From the IMG/VR virus record IMGVR_UViG_3300037110_000132: 48,349 bases of DNA; one strand, 5' to 3'. The notes under the pieces are model-generated. The model ran no database searches. It saw only the letters and a list, made by a program, of their open reading frames with translations, and was not told the DNA's origin. The position numbers were made by a program, and so were the translations under genes. Positions within the stretch are counted from its first letter, which is position 1, and each line of letters begins with the position of its first letter. This document shows, piece by piece, positions 34,372 through 43,493 of this stretch. The DNA is from a virus.

Positions 34372-34564
34372 GGAACTGATTGGCAAACGGGTTCAGTGGC
34401 AAGAAGTGATCAGCCGGGTCAAGGGAACTTTCAAGACCTGCAGGGGAAAGGTCGCTGAGGTTCGGGGTCAGGAAATCAAAATTGACAAAGTGTGGCGTTG
34501 GCTTCCCCGTTTGGAGAATCTCGCAGTGGTCGAAAAGAAGAAAAGGGGTAGACCGTGTTCATAA
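34361..34564 (+). CDS. Hypothetical small protein
   Basis: ATG with Shine-Dalgarno gaggaggccgagc. Confidence 0.4.
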   Translation: MKNEELIGKRVQWQEVISRVKGTFKTCRGKVAEVRGQEIKIDKVWRWLPRLENLAVVEKKKRGRPCS

Positions 34565-34905
34565 CGATGTGCAAATCGAAGATTCATCGTGCGACCGTCA
34601 CTGGAGCGAAGCTGGATTATACCGGAAGCATTACCATCGATACTAATTTGATGGAAGCTGCAGGAATTCTCCCGTTCGAAATGGTACATATCAACAGCAT
34701 GTCGAATGCGGCTCATTGGGAAACCTATGCAATCCCCGGAGGGGATGGGGAGATTACCCTAAATGGCTGTCCCGCCAGACTCTTCATGCCAGGGGATGAA
34801 GTTGTGATCCTTTCGTTGGTACAAGTTACACCCGAAGAAGCCAGAACCTTAGCTGACCGGATGCATAGAACCGTCCAGGTGGACAAACAGAACCATAGGT
34901 GGTGA
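34555..34905 (+). CDS. panD: Aspartate 1-decarboxylase (pyruvoyl-dependent)
   Basis: Aligns with E. coli PanD across its length: KIHRATVT, the Gly-Ser self-cleavage site YTGSITID, AAGILPFE, TYAIPG and NGCPARLFMPGDEVVI. Start is GTG at 34555 or ATG at 34567. Confidence 0.8.
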   Translation: MFITMCKSKIHRATVTGAKLDYTGSITIDTNLMEAAGILPFEMVHINSMSNAAHWETYAIPGGDGEITLNGCPARLFMPGDEVVILSLVQVTPEEARTLADRMHRTVQVDKQNHRW

Positions 34906-35271
34906 ATGAAAGCAAAAGACCTGCTCAACAAAGAGATCTCTTGGACTGAGGAGTTCGATCCTTATCAGGGGATTTATACAACTAAATCGGGCCGAGTGGT
35001 TGCGGCCCAGGGCAGGAACATCATGGTAGATGGCAATTGGTTGTGGCTTCCGAGTCTTCGTAGGATCAAGGCGATAAGTTATACCTTCACCATCGAAGAA
35101 CCAACCATTAAGTATCAGGTCGTTCACAGTCTGAACAAGAACATTGAATCCCTTAATGTGGTTGCTGACGAGAGAATCACCATTCATGAAGAGGAACAGG
35201 ACCATAAGGATCCAAATTGGGTGCAAATTACCACCTATGTGCCCCATACAACGATCAAAATTTTCAGCTGA
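34906..35271 (+). CDS. Hypothetical protein
   Basis: 121-aa ORF starting 1 nt after the panD stop. Confidence 0.5.
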   Translation: MKAKDLLNKEISWTEEFDPYQGIYTTKSGRVVAAQGRNIMVDGNWLWLPSLRRIKAISYTFTIEEPTIKYQVVHSLNKNIESLNVVADERITIHEEEQDHKDPNWVQITTYVPHTTIKIFS

Positions 35272-35279
35272 GGTATACT

Positions 35280-36008
35280 ATGGACAGAGATAAGAAATAC
35301 GAAACCCATCCTTCGTTCGGTATGATCAGCTTCTCTCGCATCCACAGTGGTGGCAAGGGACCCCGGCTGTTCCAGTCTTTCACCGATAATAGCACCTTTA
35401 TTAGTTGCAAAATCAAAGGGGCCGAAGTCGGTCATGATCTTGGCCGTGATTGGGTCCATGGCAATAAGACCATGATCGAGGTTTATATCTCGGCTTCCCA
35501 GTTCGCTGAGCTTCTGACCTCAATGAATATTGGGGATGGGGTTCCCTGTACCATCAAACAGGTCGCTGGCGTGGAAATTCCCAAGGCTCCGCTTTGTGAA
35601 ACAGTGGCGTCTAAGGTCCGCAATACTTTCAAGAACGAAGTGAAAGACAAGATCAACGATCTCCAGAAAGTGGCCAAGGAGATCGAAACAATGCTGGCTG
35701 GTTCCAAGCTGAGCAAGGAGAATCAGAAACAATTGAACTGGAAAATTCAGGAGTTGGCTGGTTTGTTCTCCGATCACGCCCCATTCATGCTTGATTCGTT
35801 CGAAGAGGCAGTCGAGAAGACTGTCGTCGGGGCCAAGGCTGAATGTGACGCATGGCTCACCCATAATATCATGAGAGCGGGACTTGAAAGTTTGCTGAAT
35901 CAAGCACCCTCGCTCAGTAACAATTCGAATCCCGCTCTGGAGTGCAAGGACGATATCGCGCATGGCCTCTCGCAGGACAGCATCGAGAAGATCATGGGGT
36001 GGGAATGA
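35280..36008 (+). CDS. Hypothetical protein
   Basis: ATG at 35280 preceded by gaggtatact. The ORF track starts at 35217. Confidence 0.5.
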   Translation: MDRDKKYETHPSFGMISFSRIHSGGKGPRLFQSFTDNSTFISCKIKGAEVGHDLGRDWVHGNKTMIEVYISASQFAELLTSMNIGDGVPCTIKQVAGVEIPKAPLCETVASKVRNTFKNEVKDKINDLQKVAKEIETMLAGSKLSKENQKQLNWKIQELAGLFSDHAPFMLDSFEEAVEKTVVGAKAECDAWLTHNIMRAGLESLLNQAPSLSNNSNPALECKDDIAHGLSQDSIEKIMGWE

Positions 36009-36418
36009 GATATACTGAGCCGAACATCACACGCTTGGAACCGAACGAGATCTTCGTCTTCGGTTCTAACGAGGGCGGGAAACATGGTAAGGGGGCCGCT
36101 CTGACCGCCAAGAGATATTTTGGCGCTATTCAATACCAGCCAGAGGGTCTTATGGGTCAGAGCTATGCCCTGCCGACTGTCGATGAAGAGATTCGCAACA
36201 AGCTTCCTCTTGATCAGATCAAGCGATATATTGGCAATTTCATCGAGTGCGCCAAGGCTCATCCCGAATTGACTTTCCTCGTCACTGAGATTGGTTGTGG
36301 GCTGGCTGGCTGGAAGGTTGGCTATATCGCTCCGCTCTTCAACAATTTCAAACCTCTTCCGGATAATATAGTTTTACCCTACAGTTTCCATCTTAAACCA
36401 GAATTTCAGGAGAAATGA
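36005..36418 (+). CDS. Conserved small-domain protein with an FGSNxxGxHGKGAA motif (function unassigned)
   Basis: ATGA overlap with the upstream gene. Motif IFVFGSNEGGKHGKGAALTAKRYFGA...GQSYALPT...VTEIGCGLAG. Confidence 0.45.
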   Translation: MRYTEPNITRLEPNEIFVFGSNEGGKHGKGAALTAKRYFGAIQYQPEGLMGQSYALPTVDEEIRNKLPLDQIKRYIGNFIECAKAHPELTFLVTEIGCGLAGWKVGYIAPLFNNFKPLPDNIVLPYSFHLKPEFQEK

Positions 36419-36532
36419 AATGTGGTATGCCCTTGGAGTTACTTCTTTTTGTTTGATGGTGGCTGTAAGCTGCGCTGGCTGGCCCTCTTTCATTACTATC
36501 AACCATTATCACAACGATGATAAGGAAAAGTA

Positions 36533-36826
36533 ATGTTCACGCCCTGGGATAATGACAAAGAGATTCCTTCCCCAGTATTCATCAATAAACTTGGTACAAA
36601 ATGGTGGTTGGATCCCAGTAGTACAGACTATCTTCATAACGAGGATGTCCATGGGACTAGGATCTTGGATGCCAATGTATTCTTCACTGAAACCAGGGAT
36701 GCCTCTAGGGCTCGTGTCATTGTCTACAAGGACCAAGTTGTTCATGAGAGTCAATCCCTAGAAGCGACCGGTCGCTTCATTGACATCATGAAGAGGATGA
36801 AGCGTGATGGGACTCTGGATAAATAA
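36533..36826 (+). CDS. Hypothetical protein
   Basis: 97-aa ORF. Confidence 0.5.
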   Translation: MFTPWDNDKEIPSPVFINKLGTKWWLDPSSTDYLHNEDVHGTRILDANVFFTETRDASRARVIVYKDQVVHESQSLEATGRFIDIMKRMKRDGTLDK

Positions 36827-36843
36827 TCAAGGGAAGAAGATTT

Positions 36844-39043
36844 ATGATAAGTAAAGCTGATAGGCTAGAATGGGGAATAGACCTTATTCCTGAAACATTC
36901 TATCTAATCAAAATCAAAAATTGGTCGCAGAGTGGTGATCCCTGGCCCTGCTTATTTCCCACTCTGGCCCCGTCAGTCCCATACGGTCATCAGCGGTCAT
37001 CAGCTTCGTTCGAATCAGTACCTTCTGGTGCGGGTCTACAATGATCATGAAGCTGCTGCTAACTGGGACAAGGCAGTCATTAAGAAGGCCAGCCATGATT
37101 CGAAGAGCGAAGTGGCTAAGCCCGAGCAGCTTACCACCGGCCAGCTACTGATCATCAAAGGCACCGAAGTATCCTTCTACATTCCACCGACTGGAATCGA
37201 AGTGGTCGCGGATCGTGTTGGCAACTTCGTCCGTGAAGCGGTCACCTTGGAACGGATGGAATTCTGCATCCTGAAGGAAGAGCGTGGTGAGAAACGCTAC
37301 GTTCAGGGTCCTGATGTTGTATTCCCCTCTCCCACGGAAACCTTCGTGGAAATGAATGGGGAAATGAAGTTCAAGCCCATCGAACTCACTCCTATTTCGG
37401 GCCTGTACATCAAGGTTATCGCGGATTACACGGAAGGTGGGACCGAATACAAGAAGGGTGACGAACTCTTCATTACTGGCAACCAGCAAGCCATTTACTA
37501 CCCCCGTCCTGAACACAATATCATCAAATATGGGGATCGGACCGTTCATCATGCGGTTGCGGTCCCCAGGGGTGAGGGCCGGTATGTGCTGAACCGCGAA
37601 ACCGGTGAAGTGGGTCTGATTAAGGGACCCCTGATGCTCCTGCCCGATCCGCGTCGGGAAGTGATCGTGCGTCGGGTGCTGGATGCGAATCAAGTGTCTC
37701 TCATGTATCCGGGGAACCAGCAAGCCCTAGAAGTGAACAAGCTACTCAAGGCTGAACTGGAATCCTCCCCCAAGCAGGAAGCTACCTTCTCTCGTGGACT
37801 GATCGCTTCGGCTGCTTCGGCTATGAACACCTTCGCGGGAGATGCGCTGACTCGTAGCACCAGCTATAATCCTCCTCGCACGATCACCCTGGACACCAAG
37901 TATGACGGAGCCGTGGCGATCAGCCTTTATTCCGGATTCGCTGTGCTGATCGTCAACAAGTCTGGTGACAGAAAGGTCGTCGAAGGTCCCGCCGCGATTC
38001 TGCTGGAATACGACGAGACTCTTATGCCCATGGCTCTGTCCACCGGCAAGCCCAAGACCAACAACACCCTCATTCACACCGTCTACCTACAGGTCAAGAA
38101 CAACCGGATCAGCGACAAGATCATGGGAGTGGAAACCAAGGATCTGGTGCGAGTGGATATCACTCTGGCCTACCGGGTCCATTTCGAAGGCAATGATCCG
38201 CTCAAATGGTTCCAGGTCGACAACTACGTTCACCATCTGGTGGAACATGGCCGGTCCATGCTGCGCAACGCGGTCAAGCAGGTGGGGATCGAGGAATTCT
38301 ACAACAACCCGATCGCCATGGTGCGTGATACCCTGCTGGGTCCCGCCTCTGACAATGAAAGTCGCAGAGGACTCGTGTTCAAGGAAAATGGCATGCGGGT
38401 CTATGATGTCGACGTCCTGATGGTCGAGATCGAAGATTCGAAGATTGCCAGTCTGCTCGAAACCGCCCAGGAGGAGGTCATCGCTACTACCCTGGTGATC
38501 GCTGGCAAGGAACGGGAACTGCAGAAGGTGATGCGGGTTGAGGAAATCAACCGCAACATCGAGAAGGAACAGGCTATCACCGTGGCGACCAGGGTTGACC
38601 TGGAAATCGAGAAGGCCAAGAATCAGCTGAAGAAGAGATTGGAAGAACTCACTGGCAACGCCCTGGTAGAATCCTCCCGCCTCCAAGCTGAAGAAGATCG
38701 ACTGGCTCTGGTGGACAACATTTCCACTGCGGAATTAGCCCGTCGCAAGGCTGAGAAAGATCAGGAGATCGAATTCACTCGTCAGGAGATCGAACAGGAA
38801 CTGAAGCGGCTTCATGGTGAGACTGAGGAAATCGTCCAGCGGTCCACTGCAGTCAGTGAGAAGCTCATTTCCGCGCTCCAGGCTTTCGGGGACAAGGCTC
38901 TGCTGGAGAAGGTGGCTGAAGCGATGGCCCCGCTGGCTATCCTGCGTAATAGTGGAGTGGTGGAAGCTTTCACCGGTCTGCTGAAGGGAACCCCCTACGC
39001 GGATATCCTCCTCAAGAGCACTGTGGCCAAAGTCATCAAATAA
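36844..39043 (+). pseudogene. Major vault protein (MVP)-like gene, split by a frameshift at a 10-bp tandem duplication; the downstream frame 36932-39043 is intact
   Basis: MVP-repeat-like segments (compare RYVLNRETGEVGLIKGPLMLLPD with human [24 protein letters not shown]). Shoulder/SPFH-like block ITLAYRVHFEGNDP (compare LQLAYNWHFEVNDR). Long C-terminal cap-helix-like coiled coil. Deleting one copy of GGTCATCAGC (36985-37004) joins the ATG at 36844 (frame 1) to the 703-aa frame 2. Confidence 0.6.
36985..37004 (+). repeat. 10-bp perfect tandem duplication GGTCATCAGC x2 that causes the frameshift
   Basis: Read directly from the sequence. Confidence 0.95.
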
Positions 39044-39071
39044 TTGCCAACAGCCAATAACTGTGATTTAA

Positions 39072-39105
39072 TTGACCCTGGGTGTCCAAAGGCATCCAGG
39101 GTCAA
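39072..39105 (+). terminator. Terminator-like hairpin after the MVP-like gene
   Basis: 10-bp perfect inverted repeat ttgaccctgg/ccagggtcaa with a 14-nt loop, followed by attctaa. Confidence 0.45.
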
Positions 39106-39121
39106 TTCTAAGGAGTGAACC

Positions 39122-39751
39122 ATGAAATTGAATATTACCCCGGAATGGCTGGGATGTCAATCTGATGATCCCGGAGGTTTACTCGCCATCAGTCCAGAAC
39201 TGCTCCATCAAATCAAGAATCAGTATAAATTTGATGCCCCAGATCACATGACTGGTGATCCCCTAGTTTATATTCTCACCGATGGCAAGAAATTCAAGGC
39301 TGAAGTCACAGCCTGTTTCTTTGCCAAGATGAAAGATGATGAGGATTTCTTCTTCCTCTACATCCACTGTGATCAGCCCAGTCTTGGGATTCAATTGTCG
39401 TTTAATAAGGATCTCAAACCGACTTGGATTGAGGAGGGTCATTATGTCCAAGGTGATCATGGATACTACCAAGTGGATGGGACTGAGAAGAACATCAAGG
39501 TTGCTAAGAAGCTGATCAAGGCTGTCCTGCACACGATGCGATCACTTCCGATCAAACCCTGTGAGGACTGCGGAGGTCGTGGTCTGATTGGATCTGATGA
39601 GGAGATCACGCTCGACGCGAGAATTTGCAAGGACCTGGGTATGCCAGTGGATATGGATGCGCTCAACGCGAGAATTTGCAAGGCTTGTCACTTGAGCGGC
39701 AGTACTCCGCTGACCGCTCCCAAAGAGATTAGGGTTAAAATCAGGTGGTAG
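39122..39751 (+). CDS. Hypothetical protein with an internal 22-bp direct repeat (leader-like MKLNI start)
   Basis: Shine-Dalgarno taaggagtg. The sequence ct(c/a)(g/a)acgcgagaatttgcaagg is duplicated at 39611-39632 and 39662-39683, encoding LDARICK and LNARICK. Confidence 0.5.
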   Translation: MKLNITPEWLGCQSDDPGGLLAISPELLHQIKNQYKFDAPDHMTGDPLVYILTDGKKFKAEVTACFFAKMKDDEDFFFLYIHCDQPSLGIQLSFNKDLKPTWIEEGHYVQGDHGYYQVDGTEKNIKVAKKLIKAVLHTMRSLPIKPCEDCGGRGLIGSDEEITLDARICKDLGMPVDMDALNARICKACHLSGSTPLTAPKEIRVKIRW

Positions 39752-39854
39752 GTGATTTGTGTGTAAAGAATGTCAAATAAAATCACGCCTCGGTGTGCGA
39801 CGAGGCCTACAGGTGCGCCAATCCCGTCCAGATCCTGTGGCTCTAGGAGGAACG

Positions 39855-40031
39855 ATGGAACCTCAGGAGATCATCGATATTATGTTTCAGATTGCCTTCA
39901 CCGCTAAAGAGAATGAGTGGTGCAGGAAAGCTGATTCAGAGGAATTCGCCGCCTGGATCCGAAACCAGTATAAACAATGCGGCCTAGAACTGGTTCCTGT
40001 GGGCTCCAGTCATGGAAGTATCAGCACCTAG
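39855..40031 (+). CDS. Hypothetical small protein
   Basis: ATG with Shine-Dalgarno ctaggagg. The ORF track starts at 39759. Confidence 0.4.
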   Translation: MEPQEIIDIMFQIAFTAKENEWCRKADSEEFAAWIRNQYKQCGLELVPVGSSHGSIST

Positions 40032-40254
40032 GGAGAGAGATGGACGAGGACCCCATGTTCGAGGGGGCGCTGTAACGGCCCCGTTCCCCACCCGGCGTGG
40101 TATTATAGACCTCCAGGAGCAGCATGATCAAATCAAATATATGGAAGAAATGTTGGCCAAGAAAATAACCAAGGAGGAAGCGTTATCTTTTCTCCAAAGA
40201 GCGGGAATTCTTGGTAAAGATGGTAAGCTAACTGAGCCTTACCGTCCAGTATGA
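40012..40254 (+). CDS. Hypothetical small protein (weak)
   Basis: 80-aa ORF with a Gly/Arg-rich N-terminus. It ends 6 nt before a tRNA. Confidence 0.25.
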   Translation: MEVSAPRERDGRGPHVRGGAVTAPFPTRRGIIDLQEQHDQIKYMEEMLAKKITKEEALSFLQRAGILGKDGKLTEPYRPV

Positions 40255-40259
40255 AACAT

Positions 40260-40345
40260 GGCCCTGTGGTGAAATTGGTGAGACACAGCAGTCTCAAAAA
40301 CTGCCGCTTTAGTGCATGCCGATTCGACTTCGGCCAGGGCCACCA
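40260..40345 (+). tRNA. tRNA-Leu (CAA)
   Basis: Acceptor ggccctg/cagggcc. Anticodon stem gcagt/actgc with loop ctCAAaa. 13-nt variable arm. T-arm gccga-ttcgact-tcggc. CCA encoded. Confidence 0.75.
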
Positions 40346-40401
40346 ATTTTCTGATTCACGATCTGTTGTATGATTTCTAAGAACTTGACCGGAGGTATAA
40401 T

Positions 40402-40866
40402 ATGTCTGATTGGGATCGACGCTTCTTAGATCTTGCGAAGCTGGTTTCCACTTGGAGTAAAGATCCCAGTACGCAAACCGGAGCGGTCATCGTCCGACCG
40501 GATAAGACTGTTGTCTCTATCGGATTCAATGGTTTCCCTCAGAGCATGCAGGATTATCCACATCTTTACGCCGACAGGGAAAAGAAGCTATCTCGGATTG
40601 TACATTGTGAGATCAATGCTCTGATTTTCGCTAACGGACCAATCAGAGGATGCACACTATATACCTATCCCTTCATATCCTGTGATCGTTGTTGTGTCCA
40701 GATGATTCAGGCAGGAATCGTAAGGATAGTGGCCCCAAGAGCCTCTGGTGAACAGCTTGTGCGGTGGGAAGAATCTTTTAATAAGACTAGAAGTTATTGT
40801 AAGGAGGCCGGTATAGAGCTGGTTGAGTTTTCAGAGGATTCATGTGGGAACGACTTAAGGGGTTAA
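40402..40866 (+). CDS. dCMP/cytidine deaminase family zinc enzyme
   Basis: Motifs VHCEINALIFA (H-x-E) and PCxxC-like ISCDRCC. Shine-Dalgarno ggaggtataat. Confidence 0.7.
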   Translation: MSDWDRRFLDLAKLVSTWSKDPSTQTGAVIVRPDKTVVSIGFNGFPQSMQDYPHLYADREKKLSRIVHCEINALIFANGPIRGCTLYTYPFISCDRCCVQMIQAGIVRIVAPRASGEQLVRWEESFNKTRSYCKEAGIELVEFSEDSCGNDLRG

Positions 40867-41141
40867 TTGGTTATTATCCAGAAGAGTATGAATATCTTGG
40901 GGAATTCCAGACCGTTCTTATTTGTAGATGTAGGACCGTGTTTGACCTTTCTCATGTCGTACTATTAGGCAATCGTGGACCCCGTTATAACAGCGAACCG
41001 GTAGTAAACTGCCCTTTCTGTGGCAAGGAACTAGATAAAAATACGAAGAAGTTAACTGGATACTGGATCATGAAGTATACCAGGAGATTCGGAAAGGATA
41101 GCGAGGGAACAAGAGCCAGATTCGTTGAAATAGCAGACTAA
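40842..41141 (+). CDS. Hypothetical zinc-ribbon protein
   Basis: 99-aa ORF with CRCR...CPFCG. Confidence 0.45.
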   Translation: MWERLKGLIGYYPEEYEYLGEFQTVLICRCRTVFDLSHVVLLGNRGPRYNSEPVVNCPFCGKELDKNTKKLTGYWIMKYTRRFGKDSEGTRARFVEIAD

Positions 41142-41156
41142 TGTTAAAATTAGTAT

Positions 41157-42590
41157 ATGGAACTGTGTCTGAAGGCCCACATCAAGAAGTCTTTTCGTAG
41201 GAGATCAACCTACGATATACCTTTGCACTTTTGGGTAGCATTAGCGGAAGTTAATTGGATTGGTGGGAGAGCAAGGGGATTGCCTTTAGATAAGTTCCTC
41301 CAGGATATGTCCCAGCAATATTTCCCAGAGATAGTCGGGATCTCCTCTCACCCTCGTGTCATTCAAAGATTCGCCACCGCTGGCTATCATACAATCCTCC
41401 GGATGCCTGGACCAGAAACACTTAAGGCCAATCCTGGTCTGAAGCCTATGCCCTATGGCGATCCCAAGGGATTATTAGCTAATAACGCAGAATTAATGAG
41501 GCGTAAACACGCAGACCCAGAGGATCCAGACAGCTGGCTTATGAGCATCGGCTGGGATACTCTTGGTGAGATGTTTGAGATGGGCGATGACGATGGAGAG
41601 TTGGAATCTTATGTTGAAGGGCTTCTACGGGATTATCTGCCAGAGGAACCAATTATTAATTGTGTAGAGGATCTTTGTAGTGTGATGAAGATTCCTATGC
41701 GTGACCTCATGGCCAAGTTGTCCTGGCGCACTAATATGAAGTGGAACTGGGATGAGGATAACTATTATGATGCTATCGAGCTTGTAATTCCAAATTACTT
41801 AAATCAATTCGACTTTGAGAGGGAATGGATCCTAGGTGGTGGGTTGCACGTTCCTGCTGGATCTACCTATATCTTCCAGGCTGATCTGCACCAGATTGAT
41901 GTCTACAAGCAGCTGTTGAAGACCTCAGGAGATCAGGCTTGGGCCTCTTTGACCCCAGATCAGCAATATGGTGCCGGGGCATTCCGTTATTTACCAAAGT
42001 TACAGGAATATGCTAGGGGTAGCAAGGTAACCATAGCAGACCGCACACGTACTAACAAATTACTAAGAGATTCATTTGGGAAGGATCGACCGGCTGAAAC
42101 CCCTCAGGACTATCCTAGAAGCAAGACTGCATCAACTCCAGTCATTAGAAAGATGAAACCCAAAGAACTCGCTAGCGCTATTCACGTGGCTCATCAATGC
42201 TTCACGCTGGATATGAGTGAAGAGTATATGGCGGAAATCATCCACGACGAGCTTGGAACTAATCTCTCTAGATGTTATGTGGCAACTGATCATGATAAAA
42301 TCATCGGCGGATATTTAATTTCCATGGATGGCTTGGGTCCAGGGAATGAAAAGGAATTAGAGCTAAAAGGACCAGGAGCACAAGGAGTTATCCTATTTCT
42401 ACTGCCTGAATATCGAGGCAGAGGAATTGGACGCGAATTGAGAGAGCTTCCAAGAAAACTCGGTCTTAGCTATATCTATGGTTGTCATTACAGAGAACTT
42501 GGCAATTTGAAGAACTGGACCGATTATGGACGCGAAGTAATTGGTGAGAATGAAATGGTTTATTACACTCTCATGCGGTATAAGAAATGA
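41157..42590 (+). CDS. Protein with the N-terminal leader (MELCLKAHIKKSF) and a C-terminal GNAT N-acetyltransferase-like domain
   Basis: 477 aa. GNAT motif A YRGRGIGRELRE near the C-terminus. Confidence 0.55.
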   Translation: MELCLKAHIKKSFRRRSTYDIPLHFWVALAEVNWIGGRARGLPLDKFLQDMSQQYFPEIVGISSHPRVIQRFATAGYHTILRMPGPETLKANPGLKPMPYGDPKGLLANNAELMRRKHADPEDPDSWLMSIGWDTLGEMFEMGDDDGELESYVEGLLRDYLPEEPIINCVEDLCSVMKIPMRDLMAKLSWRTNMKWNWDEDNYYDAIELVIPNYLNQFDFEREWILGGGLHVPAGSTYIFQADLHQIDVYKQLLKTSGDQAWASLTPDQQYGAGAFRYLPKLQEYARGSKVTIADRTRTNKLLRDSFGKDRPAETPQDYPRSKTASTPVIRKMKPKELASAIHVAHQCFTLDMSEEYMAEIIHDELGTNLSRCYVATDHDKIIGGYLISMDGLGPGNEKELELKGPGAQGVILFLLPEYRGRGIGRELRELPRKLGLSYIYGCHYRELGNLKNWTDYGREVIGENEMVYYTLMRYKK

Positions 42591-43252
42591 AACTCCATCT
42601 AAAGGCCAAAATCAAAGACAACTTCGTTCTCCCCTCGCAGGAAGAATTCGAAATTGTCTACAAATGGTTTCAAGGCGAATATATGGTTACTCCGGGGAAA
42701 GAACAGATGCCTTCTTCGGTGGAAAAGGCATTCAGGTCCTTTAATCTTCACTACGCTTCTCAACAGCTTTATCGATACTGCTGGCTTAAGAAATCTGAGG
42801 TAAAACAACTTAGACTTACTCCCACTATGCCATTTAAGATCCCTAATAAATACAATACGGTTCAAAGCTGGACTGAAGACGTACAATTTGCTCATGAGGC
42901 TAGTGATTTCTTGAGCCTGCCAGGGAAATTTCATGAGGACAAGGTAGGAGCGGTCATTGGTCATTGGACTCTGGGTTCTAGTATTCTAGCTAGTCACACT
43001 GATTTGAGAACCATTTGTGAAAGAGAAAGACACAAATATCTTAAGGCCAATCCTGTTCCCAAAGGAAATGAATGGGACATGTGGAATGAAGAAGGTGGGT
43101 CAATCGCTAGCCTTGGTGGCATTTTAACTGATTTCAGTGAACAGAAAGAATGGGTCGTTTGCAATCCTTCTGAAATTCAGTTGAATTATCTGAGTGTGGA
43201 CATGGGAACTGGGATGCTTGATCACCCCGAGTATATTCTAATCAATCAATAG
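42587..43252 (+). CDS. Hypothetical protein with the N-terminal leader (MKLHLKAKIKDNF)
   Basis: 221 aa. ATGA overlap with the upstream gene. Confidence 0.6.
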   Translation: MKLHLKAKIKDNFVLPSQEEFEIVYKWFQGEYMVTPGKEQMPSSVEKAFRSFNLHYASQQLYRYCWLKKSEVKQLRLTPTMPFKIPNKYNTVQSWTEDVQFAHEASDFLSLPGKFHEDKVGAVIGHWTLGSSILASHTDLRTICERERHKYLKANPVPKGNEWDMWNEEGGSIASLGGILTDFSEQKEWVVCNPSEIQLNYLSVDMGTGMLDHPEYILINQ

Positions 43253-43272
43253 ATGTTAAACTAGAGAACACG

Positions 43273-43350
43273 GAGAGTTGGCAGAGTGGTCGATCGCGTT
43301 GCACTTGAAATGCAAAGGACTGCAAGGTTCCGTGGGTTCGAATCCAAGTT
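43273..43350 (+). pseudogene. Degenerate tRNA-Ser(TGA)-like copy
   Basis: The D-arm, the anticodon arm ttgca-ctTGAaa-tgcaa and the variable arm are intact. The T-stem and acceptor no longer pair. It is preceded by gATGtTAAACTag. Confidence 0.35.
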
Positions 43351-43367
43351 TGAATCATGAGAGGAAG

Positions 43368-43472
43368 ATGATGAGTAAACATACTGAATCACCAACATAT
43401 GTTTTTATTTGGTCTATTCTAGGTATTACTTTAGGTATTTACGCTGTAATAAAGGCTTTAATTGGTCAATAG
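43368..43472 (+). CDS. Possible small membrane protein (34 aa)
   Basis: Shine-Dalgarno gagaggaag. Hydrophobic VFIWSILGITLGIYAVIKALIG. Confidence 0.3.
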   Translation: MMSKHTESPTYVFIWSILGITLGIYAVIKALIGQ

Positions 43473-43493
43473 ATCAGACGAATAGGAGGTCTT

